NCBI GenBank assembly: GCA_963760675.1
Contig: CAVXEG010000017.1
Span: 200,515-264,514 of the forward strand
Reading direction: 5' to 3'
Origin: an uncultured Verrucomicrobiae bacterium
GTDB lineage: Bacteria > Verrucomicrobiota > Verrucomicrobiia > Limisphaerales > BOG-1460
Length of the DNA: 64,000 bases
Shown: piece after piece, positions 52,823-64,000 of the stretch
Numbering within the stretch: the stretch's first letter is position 1
How the letters are laid out: each line of letters starts with the position of its first letter
The notes under the pieces: model-generated
Told to the model about the DNA's origin: nothing
The model's input: only the letters and a program-made list of their open reading frames with translations
Database searches by the model: none
Translations under genes and position numbers: made by a program

Positions 52823-53046
52823 GACTGCAACAGCGTGACAACTCTTTGGCCGCCGCTCGATCAAGTGCCTGCCTCAAACACGAAAAGCAGCGCGGGCGGG
52901 AAGACGGTGTGGCAAATCATTTTCACGGATGCACGATTCGATCGTCATGGTATGCAGAACTGACAGAAGGTCGTTGGGCTCACAAATAGCGAAGGGAGTA
53001 TCGTTGCCGCATTGGGCATCTTTTGAGACGCTTGGTGATCGAAAGC

Positions 53047-53721
53047 ATGAAGCAGTTTTTTTCTACCCTGTTCCGCAATTTCATCGGCTGCTTCAAAGGC
53101 CAGATGCTTGTTTGGCACGTTGTTGCCATCGCGCTTACCATCGTTCTCGTCACTTCCGGTTTCGATTGGCTTTATTTCAGCGCCACGCGCGCTCGAATCT
53201 TTCGGTTATGGGCATGGCCTGCAATCCGCATTGGCGGAGAGTTGCCCATTCTGTTGCCGTTCGCGTTGCTTGTCATTGGACTGGTCTTCCGAAACGTCAG
53301 ATGGAACTTGTGTGGCGCTGCCGTGGCCCAGGCCGTAATTCTCGGTTCGCTGATTTCCTCTACCTACAAAGCGTTCACCGGCCGTGTCCATCCATTGCGT
53401 GAGATTGGCGCCGACATCAGCCGCGATTTCAGATTCGGCTTCTGGCGCGGCGGGGTGTTCTGGGGCTGGCCGTCATCGCACACGACCATCGCGTTCGCCA
53501 TGGCGGTGACCATCTACATGCTTTTTCCAAAACAGCGGTGGATGGGATGGACTGCGATTGCCTACGCGCTGTATGTCGGGCTCAGTGTGTCCGTGACGAT
53601 TCACTGGTTCTCGGATTTCGTCGCCGGCGCAATCATCGGGAGCGCCATCGGCGTGGTCGCAGGCAGGAGTTTTTGTGCAAGCATGGCACAACAGGAGCAA
53701 CGAAAGAAAACCGGGGAATGA
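53047..53721 (+). CDS. PAP2-superfamily membrane phosphatase
   Basis: Multiple TM helices. WPSSHTTIAFAMAV (PSGH-type) and SR..H motifs. Confidence 0.6.
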   Translation: MKQFFSTLFRNFIGCFKGQMLVWHVVAIALTIVLVTSGFDWLYFSATRARIFRLWAWPAIRIGGELPILLPFALLVIGLVFRNVRWNLCGAAVAQAVILGSLISSTYKAFTGRVHPLREIGADISRDFRFGFWRGGVFWGWPSSHTTIAFAMAVTIYMLFPKQRWMGWTAIAYALYVGLSVSVTIHWFSDFVAGAIIGSAIGVVAGRSFCASMAQQEQRKKTGE

Positions 53722-53775
53722 AGTTCAAATTCTCGGGAGCCTCTGCTTCGTCCTGTTCCAGCCGTGTGTTCGCGA

Positions 53776-55666
53776 TTATTCCTCCACCGGCACGACCAGG
53801 TTCTCCATGATGTAATCTTTGCGCTCGGGCGTGTTCTTGCCCATGTAGAAGCTGAGGATGCCGGCGGCGTCGGGCTTGGGCGCGTATTCGACTTGGCTCA
53901 GGCGCATTTCTTTGCCGATGAATTGCTTGAACTCGTTCGGGCTGATTTCGCCCAGGCCTTTGAACCGCGTGATCTCGCGGCTTTGCCGCCAAGTTCTTTC
54001 GCGGCGTCGTCGCGCTCGGCTTCGCTGTAGCAGTAAATCGTTTTCTCCTTGTTGCGCACGCGGAACAGCGGCGTCTCCAGCACGTAGAGGTGGCCGTCGT
54101 GCACGAGTTGCTCGAAGAACCGGAAGAAATAGGTGATCAGCAGATTGCGGATGTGCAGGCCGTCCACGTCGGCGTCGGTGGCGAGGATGACCTTGTCGTA
54201 GCGCAGGCCTTCGAGGTTGTCCTCGATGTCGAGGCTGCGCATGAGGTTGTACATCTCGTCGTTCTTGTAAACGATGTCGCGCTTGAGGTCCCAGACGTTG
54301 AGCGGCTTGCCTTTGAGCACGAAGATCGGCCTGGGTGTTCACGTCGCGGCAGCTCACGATCGAGCCGGCGGCGGACTGGCCTTCGCGTGATGAAGACCAT
54401 CGTGCCCTTGCCCTTGTCCTTGCTTCTTGTCGAAATGATTCTTGCAGTCCTTGAGCTGCGGGATGCGGAGCGTGATCGCCTTGGCCCGTTCGCGCGCCAG
54501 CTTCTTCACCTCCTGCAATTCCTTGCGAAGCTGCTGGGTGTCCTCGACCTTGGCCATGATCTTCTCGGCGATCTCCTTGTTGCGATTGAAGAAGTGCAGC
54601 AGTTCCTCGCGCACGCTGTTGACCAGCTCGGTGCGGATTTCCGTGTTGCCGAGCTTGTTCTTGGTCTGCGACTCGAACACCGGGTCCTTCAGCCGGATCG
54701 CCACCGCGCCGACCATGCCTTCGCGCACGTCGTCGCCTTCGTAACTTGCCGTTGCGCGATATTCGTTGACCGCCTTGAGCAAGCCTTCGCGGAACGCGCT
54801 CAGGTGCGTGCCGCCGTCGCTGGTGTATTGGCCGTTGACGAACGAATAAAACGTCTCGCCGTAGCGGCTGTTGCTGTGCGTGAAACAGAACTCCAGCGTC
54901 TTGCTCGCGTAATGCAGCGGCGGATAGATCGGCTCGCTGCCGTCGGCTTGCAAGATCTTCCATCACCAGGTCCAGCAGGCCGTTGCGCGACTGGAAACGT
55001 CTTGCCGTTGATTCAGATCAGCTTCAGCCCCGTGTTCAGGTAGCTGTAATGCCGCAGCCGCCGCTCGATGTGCTCCGGCGCGAAATTCGCTGTCCTTGAA
55101 AATCTCCGGGTCCGGCTCGAACTCGATGAACGTGCCGTCCGGTTCCTTGCGTCTTGCCCTTCTTCTCGTTCTTGAGCTTGCCCTGCTTGAACGACGCCTC
55201 GACGAATTCGCCTTCGCGATGGCTGCGCACGAGGAACTCCTTCGAGAGCGCATTGACCGCCTTGGTGCCGACGCCGTTCAGGCCGACGCTGAACTGGAAC
55301 ACGTCGTCGTTGTATTTCGCGCCGGTGTTGATCTTGGAAACGCAATCCACGACTTTGCCCAGCGGAATGCCGCGGCCGAAATCGCGCACGCGCGACGCGC
55401 TTGCCTTCGATGTCGATCTGGACCTCCTTGCCGTGGCCCATGATGAATTCGTCGATGGCGTTATCGATGACCTCCTTGAGCAGGATGTAGCAGCCGTCGT
55501 CGTAATGCGAGCCATCGCCGATGCGGCCGATGTACATGCCCGTGCGCAGCCGGATGTGCTCCAGCGAGGAGAGCGTCTTGATCTTGCTCTCGTCGTAATT
55601 GTGTTTCGTGTTTTCAGCCATAAACAGTCTACAGACAAACAAGATGCGGCAAATCTCCGCGGATGA
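53776..55666 (-). CDS. Type IIA topoisomerase B subunit (GyrB/ParE homolog, ~630 aa), split over at least 4 frames
   Basis: N-terminus [24 protein letters not shown]...[27 protein letters not shown]. Toprim [22 protein letters not shown]-terminal RKDYIMENL. Confidence 0.65.
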
Positions 55667-55807
55667 AAATGGGAAAGTGAGATTGCAGCCACCTCCGTTT
55701 CGTTTTGGGAATTTTTGTGAAATAGAAGCGTGCGTTTTGGGCACAGGCCGGGTAATAAGGTTCCGTTCAAATCAGTTGAAGCTTTGGTAAGGCCGCGCGG
55801 CCCCGTT

Positions 55808-58404
55808 ATGAAAGAAAACTTCATGTCCTCCATTGTTCGGAAGCACGGAACTGACCCGCACAGAAAATTGAATGGAATTGCGCTCGCCGTCTTCGGTGCA
55901 GTCTTTGCGTGGCCGCTCATGGTTTGCGGCGCGGATCAATCAGCACCGGTCGGAGCCATTGGTCCAACCGCGAGTGACTCAGCAATGGTGGAGCAATTGA
56001 ATCCGCAACAGCGGCGCGGGGGACCCGGTGCTCAGGTGCGAGGCGTTTATAAATCGCAGATTACGCCGCATTGGATCGCTGACGGCGATCGATTCTGGTA
56101 CCGCAACGATCTGAAGGGTGGCACGAAGGAATTCATTCTGGTGGACACAGAGAAGCGCACGCGGCAGGCCGCATTCGACCACGAGAAGCTCGCCGCGTCA
56201 TTGTCGAAAGCTGCGAATCAGGAGTTCAAGGCGGACAAATTGCCCTTTTCGAATATCGAGTTCGTTGACGACGACAAAGCCATCAAATTCGATGCCGCAG
56301 ACAAAACCTGGCATTGTGATCTCACCTCGTACGAGTGCACCGCCGTCACGAGTTCAGAATCAAAACCGGCGGCCGGAGTCGTTCCGAACGGAGCAGTTGA
56401 CGCAACGCAATCAGCCTCGTTGGATCCGGCGGCGAATGATGAAGGAACACTCTCTTCGCCTCAGACCCAGGGCGAGCAGAATCAGGCTCAGGGTCAACGG
56501 CGCGGCGGACGTGGGCGCGGCGCGGGCATTGGCGGAAGATTCGGCCCCGGCCCACGGAATTCGCCCGATACCAAATGGTCCGCGTTTGTGCGGGACTCGA
56601 ACGTCTTCATTCGTTCGCAGGAGGACAGCAAGGAATACCAACTTACTCAGGACGGCGCGACGAACGATGCTTACGGTCGCATCGAATGGTCAGCGGACTC
56701 CAAAACACTTGTCGCATGGCGGATTGATCCCGGAAACATTGGCGATGTTTATCTGATTCAATCGTCGCCGACAGGTGGCGGGCGTGCAAAGCTCCAAACG
56801 CGCCGGTACGCGCAAGCAGCTGATCGATTCCCTCGTTACGAACTAAGCTTGTTCAATATCGCGGAACGCAAACAAATCAAACCCGAGGTGGATCGTTTCG
56901 AGCACGAGTGGCTCACTCCAAACCTCCGTTGGAACAAGGACCACGTTCATTTCACATACGAACAGGAGGACCGCGGGCATCAACGCTTCCGCATCATCGA
57001 CGTTGACGCGAGCAACGGTGCTGTTCGCAATATCGTTGACGAGAAGACGAAGACCTTCATCTGGACAGCGCACGCGGAAGATTTGGAGAATCGTGGCCTG
57101 CGGCACGTTACTTATCTGGACGATACCGGCGAGATCATCTACTCGTCCGAGATGGACGGCTGGAGGCACCTTTACCTGATCGATGCAGCGACTGGAAAAA
57201 TGAAGAACCAAATCACCAAGGGTGAGTGGGTCGTGCGCGGCGTGGACAAAATTGACGAGGAGAACCGGCAAATTTGGTTTCAGGCCAGCGGCTTGAATCT
57301 GGATCAGGATCCGTACTTCATTCATTACTGCCGCGTTAATTTCGATGGCACAGGATTCGTGACGCTGACAGATGGCAATGGCAATCACACGATTCAATAT
57401 TCACCCGACCGGAAATACCTGATCGACACTTACAGCCGTCCGGATATGCCGCCTAAGCACGAGTTGCGGCGCGTTTCTGATGGGAAGCTCGTTTGCAGGT
57501 TGGAAGAGGCAGACATTTCGGAATTGGAAGCCACCGGTTGGAAAGCGCCGGAAGTGTTCGTGGCAAAAGGCCGCGACGGCAAGACGGACATCTGGGGCAA
57601 TATTTATTTCCCGCATAACGTGGACCCGAACAAGAAATATCCGATCCTCGAGGACATTTACGGCGGCCCGCAGGATTCCTACACACCGAAATCTTTCAGT
57701 GGTGGGAATCGCTACGAACGATACAATCAACTCGGTTTCATCGTGGTGAAGCTCGACGGGATGGGCACGGCGAACCGCTCCAAAGCATTTCACGACGTGT
57801 GCTGGCACAATCTCAAAGACGGGGGCTTCCCCGACCGTATTCTTTGGATCAAAGCCGCTGCGGCAAAGCATCCGTTCATGGATATTGATCATGTCGGCAT
57901 TTTCGGCACGTCGGCTGGAGGACAGAACGCCGCTGCGGCTGTGCTCTTTCACCCCGAGTTCTACAAGGTTGCTGTCGCGAATTCGGGCTGCCACGACAAT
58001 CGGATCGACAAGGCCTCCTGGAACGAACAATGGATGGGTTACATGTCGCCCGATAAAATCTGGGAAAAGAGTGATGACAACCGGTATTCGCAGTGTTCGA
58101 ACATAGACAACGCCGCGAAGCTCCGCGGCAAGCTCCTGCTCATCGTTGGCGAAATGGATACCAACGTGCCACCGGAATCAACGATGCGCTTCGTGGATGC
58201 ACTGATCAAAGCCGGCAAGGATTTCGATTTGATCTGGTCGTGCCAGACGCCAATCACGGCGCTGCGAGTCCCGAGAACCGTGGCTATGCTGAACAACGCA
58301 CTGAGGATTTCTTCATCAAAAACCTGCTCCATCAGGAACCGCCAGATCGAAATGCACCCGTACAGGAGACTGTGGCAGGCAACGCCGGAAATGCTGTACC
58401 CTGA
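55808..58404 (+). CDS. S9-family dipeptidyl-peptidase IV-like serine peptidase (beta-propeller + alpha/beta hydrolase), frame change near 58240
   Basis: Signal peptide. [11 protein letters not shown], catalytic [10 protein letters not shown] and H in tail [15 protein letters not shown]. Confidence 0.65.
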
Positions 58405-58478
58405 CCGAAGACCGGCTGGTGTGCGGCGCAACAGAAAGAAATACTGTGACACTGAACTTGCTCTCACGAGTTAGCGGG

Positions 58479-60518
58479 ATGTTTCTCTTCGGTTGTGCTT
58501 GTGCTGTGCTGTTGTTCGCCGCAACTGAATTCGAACTGGCGGCTCAACCCGGAGTATCCGGTGGCGCAGCGAGCACCTTGCCGCCGATTGATCCACAGCA
58601 GGTGCAGGATCAGCAGGACATGACGTGGGACGATTTTCATCCCATTCCTGATCACAACTGGTCCGACCCAGCGCTCAAACCTGAGCGCGGTTTTAATCTG
58701 GCTTTGCTCACCATGGATTTTCCTGACGAGCCGTTCGTCATCACCTTGCCGAAACACTCCGACCCGTTCGGGAATCCGCAGATTGATCCCGTGCCGCGCG
58801 AAAAAGTCTCCCAGTTCTATGCGGATTTCTGGATGAAGCCGAGTGCTCTGAATCATTACCAGACGATTAACGGCTATTGGATGGAGCAATCGCGCGGCAA
58901 GTTCGGCATCACGAACGTGGACGTGTTCGGTCCATACAGAATGCCGAAACCGTTCTGGTATTACGGGCTGAACGAGCACCGACAGAATGATTCGACTCCG
59001 GACGGCTCACGAGCGAACGGTCGCATGGAGCCGGATGTGGATGCGCTCTGGCGCGCGGACAAAGGTGACGACATCGCGAACAAGTATCGCCGTCCGAATG
59101 GCGCGGTGCTGCGCATTTACGCCGGATACGATGAAACCGGCGTGTGGCAGGAGTTCGGTGAAATGAAATTTCAGTCGAAGGACGACATTCCGCCCGAGTG
59201 GGGCAATCCCAATCCCGAAAAACCGCGTTGGGTTCCGACGCGATACGTGCCGTGGACAAGCTGGCTTGCGGGCGCGCAACAGTGGGGTGTGGCCTCGATT
59301 CGGCAGGGCGAAAACTCCGGCACGATCATGCACGAGCTTGGTCATTACGCCTTCAGCATCGGCGATTTGAACAATAACCCTTACGTTCAGCCGTATCGCA
59401 GGGTGGCTGTCGGCCCGTGGGATATGATGGATCGCGGTTCGTTCAATGGTCCCGAAGGTCCCCACAGCCGCTGGAAAATCCCATCGCTTTCGGGCGCAAG
59501 GATGCCCGCGGGCTTGATGCTCCGGAACCGGCTTCTGAATGGGTTCATAACGAGGTCGCAAATCCTGATGCTTAATCGAGACGGCCTCGCGAAGTCCGGC
59601 CTCGCCGTCGCTACGATCACGGCGCGCGAAGTGGACCCTCTGCCAAACACTTTCGCCGGCATCACCGTCAGACTGGACGGGGCGGAGCCGCGCGACCGCA
59701 CACCGCCAGATGATCCGAGCACCAATGCGCTTTCCGCCGGCATTCCAAATTTCGATTTCTATTCGATGGAAGTTGTGCAGCGAATCGGTTACGACTCGTT
59801 TTGTCCGGACAACGGCGTGTTGATTGCGAAGAACAAGGATCGCGAAGGCCGCAACGGCGGGACGAATGGCTTTAACGGATTCATCTGGGTGATTGACGCG
59901 CATCCGGAAGACATCAATCAATCGGACTATATTCAACCCGGAACGCGCAGGCCCATCATGCGGACAATTGCCGATTACCGGCAGTTGAATGACGCGCTGT
60001 TTCACGCCGGCGTGGATTCAGGGAGCCAATTCGAGCATGAGGATATACCGAATCGACTGCACTTTTATGTAATCGATTTGCAGAAGGACTCGAACGGAAT
60101 TCGCTCCTACACGCTCGGCGTGCGCTCACTCGACGGTTCGGGGCCGCAGCAGCACGGCGTCGCCCTCACGGCATCCTCTGATGCGGCGGTCCGCGAACCG
60201 AACACGCGATGCACCTTTCAACTTAAGAACACCGGGCAAGCCACGCATACCGACCCTGCATTGCACCAGAGCGACTTCAACGACTACCTGACTTCCGATA
60301 TTTATCGACTGTCTGTTTCCGCGGACGGCAACGGTTGGTCTGCGGACCTTCAGAACACGTTGGCTGCGGTGAAATTCGGCGGTGAGCAATCGGTGCCCGT
60401 GTTCGTGTCCCGAAGATCCGGGGGGGCTTCATCTGGAACGGTTACGCTAAAAGCAGTTTCAGAAAGCGATCCGTCAAAAGCGGCCACCGCAATCCTTAAG
60501 GTGTCCGCTGTCAATTGA
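58479..60518 (+). CDS. Secreted zinc metalloprotease (HExxH: IMHELGHYAF), M6/InhA-like
   Basis: Signal peptide MFLFGCACAVLLFAATEFELAAQP. 680 aa. Confidence 0.5.
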   Translation: MFLFGCACAVLLFAATEFELAAQPGVSGGAASTLPPIDPQQVQDQQDMTWDDFHPIPDHNWSDPALKPERGFNLALLTMDFPDEPFVITLPKHSDPFGNPQIDPVPREKVSQFYADFWMKPSALNHYQTINGYWMEQSRGKFGITNVDVFGPYRMPKPFWYYGLNEHRQNDSTPDGSRANGRMEPDVDALWRADKGDDIANKYRRPNGAVLRIYAGYDETGVWQEFGEMKFQSKDDIPPEWGNPNPEKPRWVPTRYVPWTSWLAGAQQWGVASIRQGENSGTIMHELGHYAFSIGDLNNNPYVQPYRRVAVGPWDMMDRGSFNGPEGPHSRWKIPSLSGARMPAGLMLRNRLLNGFITRSQILMLNRDGLAKSGLAVATITAREVDPLPNTFAGITVRLDGAEPRDRTPPDDPSTNALSAGIPNFDFYSMEVVQRIGYDSFCPDNGVLIAKNKDREGRNGGTNGFNGFIWVIDAHPEDINQSDYIQPGTRRPIMRTIADYRQLNDALFHAGVDSGSQFEHEDIPNRLHFYVIDLQKDSNGIRSYTLGVRSLDGSGPQQHGVALTASSDAAVREPNTRCTFQLKNTGQATHTDPALHQSDFNDYLTSDIYRLSVSADGNGWSADLQNTLAAVKFGGEQSVPVFVSRRSGGASSGTVTLKAVSESDPSKAATAILKVSAVN

Positions 60519-60526
60519 GAATTGAG

Positions 60527-62848
60527 ATGACTCGAACGAACATCACTGGCTTTTATGACGCGCAGCGCATTGCCTGCCATACTCGCCGCATCAGCTTGAA
60601 AATCCTCCTGAGCTTCGCTCTTGCGTTCAACTGCCTGCTCACCGACGCGCAGGAAAGACCTGATAATGCGCGCATACGATTCGGCGACACCGCGGCTGAA
60701 TTGACCGTCGGCGAGGTGAGCGACCAGACGGTTCGCATCGCGTTTTCTCCGTTGGATGAACACGGGCGGGGGAACAATTCGCTGCCGTCTGCCATGCTCA
60801 CGCCGTTTCCCTCACAAGAGCGACTCAAAATTCGCGAGCTGACGAAGCCAAGGGAAGTTCGCGCCGGGAACTTGCGCCTTTTACTCAAACCGCAGCCGCT
60901 GACGATCACTATTACCCGGCGGGACGGCTCCCTCGTGCAGGAATTGGTGTTCGGCGACAACGAGGAAACGAGTTCAATATCGTTCCGCACGGCTGCCCCG
61001 GTGCTCGGTTTGGGTGAAGGCGGCGACCAATTTGACCGGCGTGGCTACAATTTTCCGCTTATCAACGGGCAGCGCTACAAACTCGCCGAACTCGGCACGC
61101 GGATTTTTTCGCCCTTCCTCATTGGAACGGAAGGCTGGGCAATGTTCTTCAGCGCGCCTTACGGCAGCGTGGATTTGCGCGGCGAGCACGGGGTATTTCG
61201 TCCGCAACGCGATTCAGAACCGGGCAGCGCAGAGATCTTTGTAATCGACGCGCGCGAACCGGCGGACGCCATGCGCGAGTTCATCCGGCTGACCGGCGCG
61301 CCGGTGATGCCGCCGAAATGGGCCTTGGGCTACATGCAGTCGCACCGGACGCTTTCGACCGAAGCGGACATCCTGGCTGAAGCGCGAACATTCCGGGAAA
61401 AGAATCTTCCTTGCGACACGTTCATTCTTCTGGGCACGGGTTTCTGTCCCGCCGGCTGGAATTTTTCTCACGACTCCTTTGCATTCAACACAAACGTCTT
61501 CGTTCGCAGCCCGGCCGAAGTAATTCGCGACCTGCACGCGCTGAATATCCATGTCGCGCTGCACGTTGTGCCCCAGGACCCGCGCTCGCGAGATTCGCGG
61601 TCGCTGTATCCCTCGCTCCATGGAAGCATCCCGCCCGCGCCGGGCGACACACTCGACGCGCTCCACATCCAGACCTATTGGAAAAGGCATGGCGAACTGT
61701 TCGCCGACGGCGTGGATGGCTGGTGGCCGGATGAAGGCGACTGGTTTGACGTGCCGAGCCGGCTTGCGCGTCATCGGATGTATTATGAAGGGCCGCTCAG
61801 CGAGCGACCAAACGTCCGTCCCTGGAATCTCCAGCGCAACGGTGCTCCGGGAATTGCGCGTTACGGCGGCTGGGTGTGGTCTGGCGACATCAGTTCAAGC
61901 TGGCGCACGCTGGCGGCGCAGGTGAAAGTCGGACAAAATTCCTCGTTGAGCGTCTCGCCTTTTTGGGGAACGGACATTGGCGGGTTTTTCCCAAGCACGA
62001 ACCGCGAATTCACCGGCGAATTGTACGCGCGTTGGTTCGAGTTTGCCGCGTTCACTCCGTCGTTTCGCTCGCATGGCCGGAACTGGTGGTTGCATCGCCC
62101 CTGGGGTTGGGACACCGGCGAAGTCGGGCCAATTGAATCACGCCCCGCGCCTGATCCATCCGAACTCCACAATGCCGCTGTCGAGCCGGTCTGCCGTCAG
62201 TATCTCAATCTTCGCTACGAGTTGATGCCATACACATACACTGCCACGCGCGAATCACACGACACTGGCCTGCCGCTCATGCGCGCGCTCTGGATGCATT
62301 ATCCGAAGGACGCGGACGCGGTGAAACCTGGCGATGAATTTCTCTGGGGCCGCGATCTGCTCATCGCGCCGGTCACCGAAAAAGCCGCGGCCTCGCGCCG
62401 CGTCTATTTGCCAGCGGGCGAATGGTTCGACTGGTGGATAGACAAGAAGGTTTCCGGCGCGCAATGGATCGAACGTCCGGTGGACCTGGCAACTATGCCC
62501 ATTTATGTTCGCGCCGGAGCAATCATCCCGCTCGACCCGATCCGCCAGTACGTGACGCAACCTGTGACCGAACCGACGACGTTGAAGATTTATCCCGGCG
62601 CGGATGGAGAATTCACGCTTTACGATGACGACGGCCAAAGCCTCGGCTATTTGAACGGTTCCGATGCGAAAACGATTTGGATTCGATTCCATTGGGACGA
62701 TTCGAATAAGCGCCTGACAATTGAGCCGGACGCGCGCATGAAAAAATGGCCGGGTGGCGTGCGGGCGTTTGCGGTGGAAATCGCGGGTGGCGGCGTGAAA
62801 GGAAAGCGGGTTGAGTTCAATGGCAACAGGATTTCCGTCGCCTTATGA
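60527..62848 (+). CDS. Glycoside hydrolase family 31 (alpha-glucosidase/alpha-xylosidase-like)
   Basis: KWALGYMQSHRT, GVDGWWPDEGDW, GWVWSGD, FRSHGRN motifs. Confidence 0.7.
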   Translation: MTRTNITGFYDAQRIACHTRRISLKILLSFALAFNCLLTDAQERPDNARIRFGDTAAELTVGEVSDQTVRIAFSPLDEHGRGNNSLPSAMLTPFPSQERLKIRELTKPREVRAGNLRLLLKPQPLTITITRRDGSLVQELVFGDNEETSSISFRTAAPVLGLGEGGDQFDRRGYNFPLINGQRYKLAELGTRIFSPFLIGTEGWAMFFSAPYGSVDLRGEHGVFRPQRDSEPGSAEIFVIDAREPADAMREFIRLTGAPVMPPKWALGYMQSHRTLSTEADILAEARTFREKNLPCDTFILLGTGFCPAGWNFSHDSFAFNTNVFVRSPAEVIRDLHALNIHVALHVVPQDPRSRDSRSLYPSLHGSIPPAPGDTLDALHIQTYWKRHGELFADGVDGWWPDEGDWFDVPSRLARHRMYYEGPLSERPNVRPWNLQRNGAPGIARYGGWVWSGDISSSWRTLAAQVKVGQNSSLSVSPFWGTDIGGFFPSTNREFTGELYARWFEFAAFTPSFRSHGRNWWLHRPWGWDTGEVGPIESRPAPDPSELHNAAVEPVCRQYLNLRYELMPYTYTATRESHDTGLPLMRALWMHYPKDADAVKPGDEFLWGRDLLIAPVTEKAAASRRVYLPAGEWFDWWIDKKVSGAQWIERPVDLATMPIYVRAGAIIPLDPIRQYVTQPVTEPTTLKIYPGADGEFTLYDDDGQSLGYLNGSDAKTIWIRFHWDDSNKRLTIEPDARMKKWPGGVRAFAVEIAGGGVKGKRVEFNGNRISVAL

Positions 62849-63933
62849 GTGTCATTTTGAAACGGACCGGCGCTGCATCAGCCGCCGCGGTACTGTGGCT
62901 CTTGGTGATTGCTTCCGATGCGGCCGAATCTTCGCCACCAAGGGAAGGTGATTTCGTCATCCGCGACTTTCATTTTCGCAACGGACAATCACTTCCGGAA
63001 TTGCGGATGCATTATCTCACGTTCGGTCAGCCGGAGCGGGATGCGAGCGGCAAAGTCCGCAATGCGGTGCTGATTCTTCACGGGACGACCGGGAGCAGCG
63101 CACAATTTCTTCGCAGCGAATTTGCGGATGAGCTTTACGGCAAAGGGCAGCCACTCGACGTCTCGCGCTATTACCTCATCATTCCAGACAACGTCGGCCA
63201 CGGAAAATCGAGCAAGCCGAGCGATGGCTTGCGCGCGAAATTTCCGAATTACGGCTATCGAGACATGATTGAAGCGCAGTATCGCCTGCTCACCGAAGGC
63301 TTGAGCGTGGATCATCTGCGACTCGTCATGGGCACTTCGATGGGCGGGATGCACACCTGGCTTTGGGGCGAGATGCATCCGGACTTCATGGACTCGCTGA
63401 TGCCGCTGGCGAGTTTGCCAACGCAAATCTCCGGCCGCAATCGGATGTGGCGACGCATCATTATTGACGCGATTCGCGGCGCGCCGGATTGGCGTGGCGG
63501 AAACTACGAGCAGCAGCCGTTCGGTTTGAAGCTTGCCGCGGAAACCATGGATTTCATGGGCAGCAATCCAGCGATTCAAAGTCGCCTGCATCCGACACTC
63601 GCATCGGCGGACGCCGCGCTCGATGCCTACGTCGCGAGTTTTCCGACGAACCACGACGCGAATGACGTGCTTTACGCGTTTGAGGCATCGCGCGATTACG
63701 ATCCCGGCCCTGACCTGGAAAAGATCAAGGCGCCACTGCTCGCAATCAATTCCGCGGATGATCTGATCAATCCGCCGGACCAGAACATTTTAGAACGCGA
63801 AATCAAACGCGTGAAACACGGCAGAGCCATCGTTCTTCCCGAAACCGATCGAACCGTGGGCCACGGCAGCCACACGAAAGCCGTGCTGTGGAAGAAATAT
63901 TTGGGCAGATTGCTCCGAGAAACCAAGCGGTAG
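62845..63933 (+). CDS. Secreted alpha/beta-hydrolase of the MetX/homoserine-acetyltransferase-like fold
   Basis: Signal peptide. LILHGTTGSS and nucleophile elbow GTSMGGM. Confidence 0.55.
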   Translation: MSVILKRTGAASAAAVLWLLVIASDAAESSPPREGDFVIRDFHFRNGQSLPELRMHYLTFGQPERDASGKVRNAVLILHGTTGSSAQFLRSEFADELYGKGQPLDVSRYYLIIPDNVGHGKSSKPSDGLRAKFPNYGYRDMIEAQYRLLTEGLSVDHLRLVMGTSMGGMHTWLWGEMHPDFMDSLMPLASLPTQISGRNRMWRRIIIDAIRGAPDWRGGNYEQQPFGLKLAAETMDFMGSNPAIQSRLHPTLASADAALDAYVASFPTNHDANDVLYAFEASRDYDPGPDLEKIKAPLLAINSADDLINPPDQNILEREIKRVKHGRAIVLPETDRTVGHGSHTKAVLWKKYLGRLLRETKR

Positions 63934-64000
63934 CGTTCGTCAGCTAATGCGTTCGTCCGCGCACAATGATTACTCCCGACCGGCTCACGCGCTGGCTTAC

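Overview
This is a high-GC window, probably from a Verrucomicrobia- or Planctomycetes-like chromosome (taxon guess from protein sequence motifs only). Three parts stand out. (1) 1-11.5 kb, all on the minus strand: an ECF sigma factor, an anti-sigma factor, a frameshifted VWA (YfbK-like) protein and several secreted proteins, ending in a >1500-aa surface protein that runs off the window start. (2) About 12.4-50.7 kb is a ~38-kb integrative genomic island. It is bounded by a 62-bp direct repeat (12329-12390 and 50718-50779), which is the 3' part of a host tRNA-Arg(TCG) gene (intact copy 50734-50810, minus). A tyrosine integrase sits just inside the left repeat. Cargo includes an Mrr-like restriction endonuclease with a zinc ribbon, an XRE regulator plus a HExxH ImmA/IrrE-like partner, Smr and GIY-YIG proteins, a VIT transporter, a second ECF sigma/anti-sigma pair, frameshifted GH127 and GH2 genes, an intact IS110, and lipoprotein, DUF4177 and DUF4926 ORFs. 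(3) Inside the island are four head-to-tail blocks of about 44 tRNA or tRNA-like genes: 23037-23723, 28734-29374, 30565-30962 and 32875-34873. Units are ~75-90 nt, end in encoded CCA, and are separated by 3-10 nt ATTTC-type spacers. I could assign anticodons to at least 17 amino acids (Asn, Pro, Ser, Ile, Phe, Glu, Thr, Cys, Gly, Lys, Arg, Leu, Val, Gln, Tyr, Asp, Trp, Ala; Met and His unresolved). The two Ser units and the Tyr unit keep long class-II variable arms. Almost every unit has a non-canonical elbow: position 55 is G instead of U, and the D-loop reads G18 followed by C/U instead of G18-G19 (consensus ..AGCA). The host tRNA-Arg is canonical. The main array is bracketed by two RtcB RNA-ligase paralogs. 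The second RtcB is translationally coupled to a low-GC Cys-rich ORF. An HNH endonuclease follows the array, and an SPFH/Band7 gene sits inside it. This altered-elbow, near-complete tRNA set with RtcB ligases on an island is the main candidate for an undescribed system. Caveat: many long genes here are split across frames, including an essential gyrB/parE homolog, so the sequence probably carries indel errors. Exact tRNA bases and CDS boundaries are provisional. After 50.8 kb the genes look ordinary: alpha/beta hydrolases, a HExxH protein, a PAP2 phosphatase, GyrB/ParE, an S9 DPP-IV-like peptidase, an M6-like metalloprotease and a GH31 enzyme.
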